From a virus (lineage: Duplodnaviria > Caudoviricetes), in the IMG/VR virus record IMGVR_UViG_3300025151_000047, positions 1 through 53,008 of that record: a DNA stretch of 53,008 nucleotides; one strand, 5' to 3'. Position numbers and translations under genes: made by a program. Numbering within the stretch: position 1 is the stretch's first letter; each line of letters begins with the position of its first letter. Below are positions 8,701 through 17,700 of the stretch, piece after piece. The notes under the pieces were generated by a model. It was not told the DNA's origin. It searched no databases and saw nothing but the letters and a program-made list of their open reading frames with translations.

Positions 8701-11700
8701 ACCATTCATTAATGGTTCAAATATACCCTTTAACTGCAAGCCTAATCCCTGCATGGTAGGCAAGTTGGAACCAAATGCACTGGATGATACTAAGAGTTTA
8801 GTGTCAGTAGCTTGTAATAACATTAAGATTGTAGACGGAAGTCCGTTTTCTTTGTTTGCCATAAACGCGAACTTCTTAAGACCGAAGGGCTGTGCAAGGT
8901 TATGCATCAGTTTTTCTGTCTTTTCTCTACTAATTAAACCACCAGATAAATTACTCATAAGAGTAAAGACAGGGCTATCTACCAGAGTACCTGAAGATGT
9001 TTGCTCTCTCTTAGAGTCTAAGAATCTGTCAATAGCTTTTCGTCTCAAGTCATCGTTTTTAATTTCAAAGGCGTTAAACATACCTTCTTCGTCCGTATGC
9101 TCTCTAATAACATCGTCAAGCCTATGGATATCTGTTTTAAATGCTTCAGGAATATCAGGACGTTTTGGGCCTTCGTTGTTAAAGAATGAATCAGGGCCAT
9201 CAAAGTTATCGAACATTCCACTAACTTCGTCTTGGTCCAACGCATTAACATGAGATTGTTTACGTAAACCCGTCTCAGCCATTAATCCCATACCCTCGGA
9301 ACCAATGAATGTCTTGAAGTTTTTATCGACAAAACTCTTGTATCGGTTATATTTTTCAATATAATGAGAAGCGTTATCAATACCCTCAGCGATGGTTTTA
9401 TTGTCTTTAATTTTCAGCACAAAAGAATTAACATCGTTTCCAAATAGAGCCGAAAGGGCAAACAAGACACCAAACAATTCGTTGTTTACTGAAGGATCAT
9501 ACTCAGGTGAATCAATCCCTAAGTTTTTCTTAAACTCAGATATTCTAGAATCATAAGAGTTTCTTTCATTAGGTTTACCAAAAATCTTTTGCTCTAATTC
9601 GACAAACTTATCGAAGCCCTCTTTATTCTTAAGGAGATCTCTGGCAACAGTCATGTAATCTCTCATGCTTTCTTTGTCGAGTTTGCTGCCAACAATGTGT
9701 CCAATCTCTTCTAAGATAATACCAACAGCACCGAACTCACTGATACCCTCAAAAGATTCTGCAAGATCTTTAGCCACTCTAATTCTTGCTGCAACAACCT
9801 CAGCTCTACCACCCGCTTTTACTTCAGGATCAACAACAACATCTAACGGTTTCGAGTCTCCGAATAGATCCTTTAAAAGAACGTGATTAGCTCTGTCGTT
9901 AAATACGGCCTTTAACAGTAAGTGATCGTTTTTGTTAATAGTTTCCGTAGCAAGAAGTTCGTTTATAACCGTTAAGAAGTTTTGGTGATAAAAACCATTT
10001 TGAGCAAACTTGTCGTTATTAAACACTTCGTCAATAGTATTCGATCCACTGAAGGGTTCATTGCTGTCGGTTCTAGGTTTAATAGAATTAATTTCTAACT
10101 CAGTTTGATTAGCTGCCATTGGAACAGTAGGGTTACTGGTATTTTCGTTCACATCTTTTATTGAGTCAGCAACAGCAAAATCAGCAGTAATCTGCAACGG
10201 ATCTTCCATAATATCGTTTTGATGTCTAATGTTATCAGGGTTATATACAGCTTTATCGTTCTGTTGTTTTAATACGTTTTCTCTAAGCAAAGCAATAACG
10301 GGTAAAATATTATCCCTAAAGTCATCATACATTTCTCGGTAAGTAACGTTTTTCTGACCACGAAGGTTTTTTCTAAGCGTTTCCAGTCGTTTGAAAATAT
10401 TGAATAACCCTTCTTCTTTACCGATAAACGGAACTAAAGACATAGCCCTACTGAATGCTTCCTTATCTACCGAACGAATAGTATCCAAGGCATTAGAGTC
10501 TTCAATACTAAGGTCGCTTAAGATTTCATTAGCATTGATTTCATTTGCAATTGAGTAAGCTTGGCGGATAGACGCATCGTCGTAAACCAAGAATTCAGCA
10601 TCCATAGCTTTCGTACCAATAAACATTGTGTTTCTATTATCAACCTGAGTATTGGCTTTATTTTTAGTCAATCGTTTAATTGCTTGAGTTTGGATCATAG
10701 CATTCTGTCTAACTTCTTGGATAGAAGACCCCTTAGAGCTAAACGGATCGTAACCACCGATAGCATTAGGAAGAGATTTTTCGTAAGGAATATCAATTCC
10801 CATGCTATGAGCAAAAGTAATAGTATCCATTAATTTTTTGTTTACAATAGAGTTAATTGCCATAAGTTTTTCAACAGGTAATAACTTAACTCTAACTCTA
10901 CCTAAGACATAATGAGGAGAGACTGGTTCACCAAACTGGTTAATAAATACATTATCTTTCTTGGAAATAATAGTCTTTTCAGATCTTGTCTTGAGGAGGC
11001 TTTCAATAGTCATTCCTTCCTCAACGCGACCTAACACTCTATCGATATTTGGGAACATCTTCTTCATATCCTGAGCAACAGCTTCTGTCACAGGAATATT
11101 TCTAAGAGATTCGTTCAAGATATGCCGGTTACTATAACCTCTTACAGCTTCATTAGTACCTCTATCAAGTAAGTTTTGGATTGTTTTAGTTTCAGTTTCA
11201 TCTAAAGTTCTAACAAAGTCTTCCATTCCAAAAACATCGGAAGCATCTAACGATTCACCTTGAAGTTTCTTATCGTAGTATTTAGTAAACACCCCAATAT
11301 GCTGACTCGTAATCTCATAGTCCTTACCCATAATTTTACTAATAGCATATCTCTTAGCTGAATTCATGGCGTATAAAGACAGGTAGAGTGCCGGAGAGTC
11401 ACCACCAGAGAAGGCAACCAGAGCATTCATTGCTCTATTGGGATCCTGACCCCTTGCGCTAACAGCAGAGAATCGTCCTTCAGAAGTTAAGATTTCCCCT
11501 AAGAACTCCGCATCACCAGAAAGCCAAGCTAATAAGTTACCTGCTTCAACGTCGTTATTGATAATCATATTTTGAATGGCTTCCTCAATTGTACCAGTCC
11601 CAAACGATACAGGAATTGAAGAAATAGTATCAGCTTCAAGGCTGTACAAATCAGTTACTCTATTTTTAGCATCAAAGCCCCACTGGGTAAGTGCTCTGAC

Positions 11701-14700
11701 AGTCATCTCCTGATCTAAGACAGAGTTATCAACCATGGCATCCAGAGAGTTCTGAGCTAAAATGTAGTTAGTGTTTTCTAATACTAATGTGTTAATCTGG
11801 CTATCAGATAACGATGGTTTTTCTTTCTTAATAGCTGAGAAAATACTATCGTACAAAGACTGGACCTTTTCGGCTTCTAATCGAATCTGTAACTGACTTC
11901 TTTCCGATTCTCGGAGTCCGTTTAAAGAGTAGTAAGCTAAGAGAATCTTATCGTAGTTACCCTTATCTCTGAATTCGTTCAGTTGCTTATTATTAACCGT
12001 TTGTACGAAGTTATCAAGTTCGCTTCGTAAAAGCTCAGATACTTTTTCAATAGTCGGTTGTTTATCTAAGTTAGCAGCAAAAGAATTAAAGATATTAAAC
12101 GGCATTGTTTTCTGTAGTCTCAAGGGCTTAATATCATCTAAGGCTTCAGGAAGTGTATTAGGGTAAGCTAACTCTTCGTCACTAAATGGGCGTTCAGGAT
12201 TTACTCCAGTTAAACCCTTTCTAGTTGTTTGAAGTCTTTCTAATCTAGCTGCTGACGGAGATCTCAATAACTGGGACATCCTAACAATACCCGAAGGGAC
12301 ACCTTCAAAGTTTTCTAAATAAGTTTTAGGCAAGAACCCTAAAGCACTAGGCAGAGAGGTAACTTGAGACGTAGTGTCGTTTCCAGTGATCTCTTCCATG
12401 ATACCAGCTATCTCAGGAGATCTATTTTCTCCCGTAGAATCAATCATCTTAGAAATCATTTTAATTAAGACATCGTACTGTTCTTTATCACCTTCGTTAA
12501 GATTACCTCTATTCTTAGCTCTTTGTAATCTATCTAACTGGGTAATAGCCGCATCTCTAAGTTCAGCAGAATCTCTACTATCCGTTTCCCACTGCTTGAA
12601 GAAATCGTACATGGTAGAAGTCTCAAACTTGTTTCCGCCGATTTCAGGTAAGTCACTTCCGTCAGTAAACTCAGCTGCTTTTATAGCAAGTTCTAAGACC
12701 GTAAGTTTTTCAATTACTTCTCCAATATCTCCAACAATAGGATCATTTCTTTGTTCGACTACGCTATATACCTCACCGTCTCTAAATCTTTTTTCACTGG
12801 TGGGAGTGAAATTAGACGGACTGTACCTTCTACCGTGGTCAGATCCTGCGGCGTTGAAGAAGAAGTCGTTCTCAAATCCTCTTCTAGCGACTGGATTCAA
12901 TCTGTTTAGGACTGTGCTAATAACTTCTTCTCCAACGTTACCGAACATACCTCTCATAGTATCTTCAAATGATGATTCTTTTAATCTGTAAGCTTGTCGC
13001 GCATAGCTGTTTAAGGCATCAACTTTAATATTACGTGCTTCCTCAAAGGTAACAAGAGTGGAATATCTTGAGTAAGCTTCAGTAAAGTCTCCAGTTTCCT
13101 TAGCCTTTTCTAAAAGCTCTTTTAACTGTTCATCTGATTCAATTCTTTCAAGCGTAGTTTCAATGACACCGGAAAGACCCTTAATAGCGTCTTTTTCGTT
13201 TTCGTAGAATTTGTTTTCAACTAAATGCCGTGAAACACCTAAAGTTTTTCTAATAAGCTCACTGAATGAAGAATTTTGTTCTCTGTTGGATGCAGTTGTT
13301 CTACCAATAATTGTATCAAAGTCATCGGTTTCATCAAAGGTACTTCTAACAGCGTTACCAATAGGAATATTACTTTCTTGAGTAAGTTTAAATCTATTGA
13401 ATAAGTCCCTAAGTTTTTCATTGGTAATCTTATTTCCGCCTCTATTTGGGAAAAGAGTTTCTTTCACCCAGCCATTTTCAACGGTAACTCCATTCTCGTT
13501 AAACAGGTTGCCTAACAAATCGGAAGCTGCTATAGCAATTCTTGTATAAGAAGTATCATCAATAATCCCACTGTTAATGATCTTTTCTTTGTTTTCAGGG
13601 ACATTAAAGAACTTATTGTAAATATTATTACCCATAGTTCCTGCACCTGCGTTATACAAGTCAGTCATAGTGGGAGACTTAAATATTTCTTTTAAGGCCA
13701 TATCTAGATCGTCAGCTTGAGTAAAGATTTTTCTAATAGCCTCTAATGCCAAGACATAATCTTCACCCATAGCTTCAACTGCTTTGGTTAAAGTACCGCT
13801 AGGGGTTCTTTCTTCTGCTGTTCTCTTTACACGTTCGTAAATAGTTTCATAGTTTTCAGTAATGAATCTAGATAATCCCTCTTCTCCTTCAGCTTCTCGG
13901 ACTAAATCTCTAAAGAATTGTCTGATTGCTCCGGCACCTTCGATACCTTGGACCATACCAATCATAACATTACCACCAGAAGCATCTGCATCAAGTTCCT
14001 CGACTTGTTTTTTAAAGAGTGTTTTCTGTATACGTTCTCTAACCTCAGGTTGTACTTCGTCAATTCCTCCTCCAAAGAAGAAGGTAACAAAATCATAACC
14101 TGTTTCTTTTTCAAATTTAGAATCGTATAATTTCCTAGCCGCGTCGAAGACACCTCTGTAGCCGTAGGTTATCTCTGCTGCTGCCAACATACCAGATTGA
14201 ATTGTACCACCTCTAGCAAATCCAACAGGGAAACCAAACCCAAGACCATCAAGGGGTCTAATAGTACCACTTTCAGTAGTCACTTCGGGATTAAAGTGAC
14301 CTGCGTCTCCGACTACTAAACTGGAATACATGGGGAACAACGCATCATGAACAGCCGTCATAAAAGCTGGATCAGTAGCAAGGAAATGCTGTTTGTTTAA
14401 GTCAATTGCTCGTTGAATACTGTTAGGCACTTCGCTGGTTAATGACTGGTAGGCTTGAGTGGGGAGAATCAGTAGGCCAGTATCCCTTGATTTATTGGGA
14501 ATAGCATCCTCTTTGATTTTAAACTTAGTTAACCACTCCCTTAATGCTTTAATATCAACACCAGTATTATCTAATTCTGCCTTAAGAATAAAATCAATCT
14601 TACGGTTTAAGTCAAACTCATCGTACATAGAAGCGATAACGGAATCAGACCGCTGTTGGATCTTGCTTTCTCTGCGCTCACCAATATCTACTTTACGCTC

Positions 14701-17700
14701 TAACTTTCCGGTTTTACCCATAACAGCTGTTCTGTTGTTAACTCTGCTTGTGTTTTCTTTCTGGGTAGTTAAAGCGTCGATAACAGCACGGGCTGCTCTT
14801 ACGGGATGTAATAAATCAATCACACCACCTAAGTCCGAAAACTCTTTAATCTTTTTACCAGAGGGTAAAACTGAGTTAAAGTCTTTCAAAAGATTAGTTA
14901 CAATCAAACCGTCAGTAACATTATCGGTTTCAATATTGTTATTTGTTTTCGCTAATCTGGTGATCTTTGTATTGAAGTGGGATTCCCATTCTTCCTTGGT
15001 AATTGGGTTACCATCTTCATCGACATAAGAGTCTTCTCCGTTTGCTTTCCTCCACTCTTCCGCCCTTGTTCTATTAGCTTCGATAATATCTTCAACAAAG
15101 TCAATATTATTTCTAATGCTTCCTTCTCCTTCAAAGAGACCAGTACCATCAATCTTACGATCAAAGATTCTGTTGTAGGTAGCGTCGATACTCTTCATGA
15201 AAGCAGGAGCCTGACCCGGATCAGCCATAGCAAGTTTTTCTCTAATGGAATCTAATACAATATCTCCGTCGTATACTTTTTGTTCTCCTCCTGATTTTGT
15301 ATCAATCAGTCTCATTATCTCAAAACCTGAGTTAGATCCAGCGATTAAACCAAGAAGATCTTCTCTAGAAATTTCATTTGTAAAGTTATAACCTTCTGAA
15401 ATAGACCCAGCCACGTTCTTACCGTTTTGTCGATTAGCTGCAATGTAGTTAGATACATTCATCAGCAGACTCATGAGTGGTTTAACGTGACCAACGGGAG
15501 GTCTTATTTCTACAGAAATTCTTTCAGATTCTAATCTAATCTTGTTGTTTAGAATATCTTTGGTACGTCTTCTAACAGTTTGTTCGATACCATCTCCCAT
15601 TTCCTTCAGGAGGTTAGCAATTTCTTCAAGTTCTTTATTAATCGTAGTCAGTTCTTCTGTTGCAGGTTGTGACTTCTTTCTCCTAGCGATCTCTGCTCGA
15701 AGATCATCGGCTTCTGCGAACAACCTAACGGGTTTAGCTTCTAGTTTTTTATTACCTCCTACCTCAACTTGTGTCACCAGAATTGCAGCACCTTCGTCAT
15801 TGGCTCGACCAGTGCCGTTTTCAATTTCATTCAGCGCATTTTCTAATCGCTCAGTAGGTACGTCTTTCAGATTTGTTTCGGCATTGCCGCCCTTATAACT
15901 TTGTACAGATCCAACAGGCATTTCGTCCTTTGGAGTCATTTTCGCTTCTCTGGTTTCAACTTCACCAAGTTTGCCTGCCGCCTCGTTGAATTCAGCTTCT
16001 AGCTCATCAACATTTTGGCCTCTTTTTTCTGCTTGTTTTCTTGCCTTGTCAGACAATGTAGGTCTTCTCTGGTCTTGGGAACCTTTTCTAAGTGTTTCCC
16101 TCTTAGCTAAAAGCTCTTCTTGTTTAAGCTTAAACTCGTTATACTTATCGTCTTTATCTTTTGCAGTTTTAATTTGTCGTTTTATTAACGCTTCTTCTTG
16201 TGATTCCACTCCCTCTTTAATCAGTTTTTCAATAATCTGCATTTCTTCTGATTTAAAGTAAACACTAGAATCTAAAAGAGACACGGCTTTGTTGTAATTG
16301 TCTGTATCTTGCTGCGTAGGGTCTTTCATTCTTTCGGAAATAGCTGAAGCTAATTCACTCGCGCTCATCTTACTTCGTCCCTTAATTTCTAAGGATGCCG
16401 CAAGATTGTTCAGGACGTTTTTACCGAGTCCTAATTCCTGAACGTCTCCCTTTGCAATTTTATCTCTTACATCTTTGACCTTATGTAAAGCCTCTTCAAA
16501 CTGCTTCTTTTTGTTTTGTCCGTCCTCAAGATTAGAAATAACATCTGCAATATTGAGCTTATCACCATCATCTTTAAGTGCAGTCTTAATATCACCAAGT
16601 TTCATAACTTCAGCGGAATCGAAGGCAGAAAGGAACGCTTCTTCGGGATCTAATCCTTTTTCGATAAGCTGATGGTACATAGTCTCATACAGTTCTGCGT
16701 CTTTAGCTTGGATAACGTTTAAAAAGTTATCATTGACAAAGTTTTTAATTTTTTCCATGTCCTCAAGACTGATACGATCTGTACTGTAATTCTTAATTTT
16801 ACGAAGAAGAGTATCCATGTCTTCGCTGATGTTTGTCATACTGAGTAAACGATTAATGAGATCTTCATCCATACCAAGCACACCCATAATGCTTGCAAAA
16901 CTGGGAGCATCCGCTTCTTTATCAAAGGTCAAATCTTCAACAATTTTATTTCTAAGTCTTTTACGGAAATCAGAAATATCTTCAATTAAAAAGTCATCTT
17001 CAGCCTTTATTCTTCTACCTACAAGAATCGCATGATTATAGACATTATCTTCGTGCGCGGATTTCTGTTCATTTTGGGTTTTAGTCAGCGATTCTAACTT
17101 ACTTTTTTCTTTAGTAATTTGATCTCTTAATTCTTTTTTCTTGTTCTTATCAGTAGTGTTTTTTAATTGCTCTTCTAGATTCTTAACGGTAGATTTAACT
17201 TTACTGATTTGTTCAGTTGTTTTATCTAATGCGTCTTGACTTTCGTTACTTGCTTGGGATGCCTGCTCCTCTTGGGTTCTAAGATTGGTAAAATCTTCTC
17301 GACTACGAATAGTTTCAGAGCTAGAAGGCTCTACTCCGTTCACAGTTGCGTCAGCAATTTGTTGCCTTCTTTCGATGGGGTCTACCTTTTTTATAGCACT
17401 TTCCGCAAGTCTTACGTTTAATTCCTTAGCCTTAAATTCCTTATTTCTTGCAATCAAATCATCCTTAAGGCCATCTGTAAGTCGTTTAAGAAACTCATCT
17501 ACCGAAATAGACTCATCATCTTTAATACTATTAGCAATTCTTTTTGCAGTTTTTCTAATAGTAAGACCTGATTGGTTAGCAGTAGAGGCTATTTCGTGGA
17601 TTTCGGTTTCAAGCCTATCGAGGTTACCTTCAATCTTTGAATTATCGTCACCAACATCTAATTTAGTGAAAACATAGTTTACAGACATCCTAGCATCAGC

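Noticed and set aside
9195-13335. DNFDGPD and DDFD as crAss-like two-barrel RNAP catalytic loops
   Set aside because: Neither gives a DxDGD/DFDxD triad in suitable context; single-subunit motifs fit better
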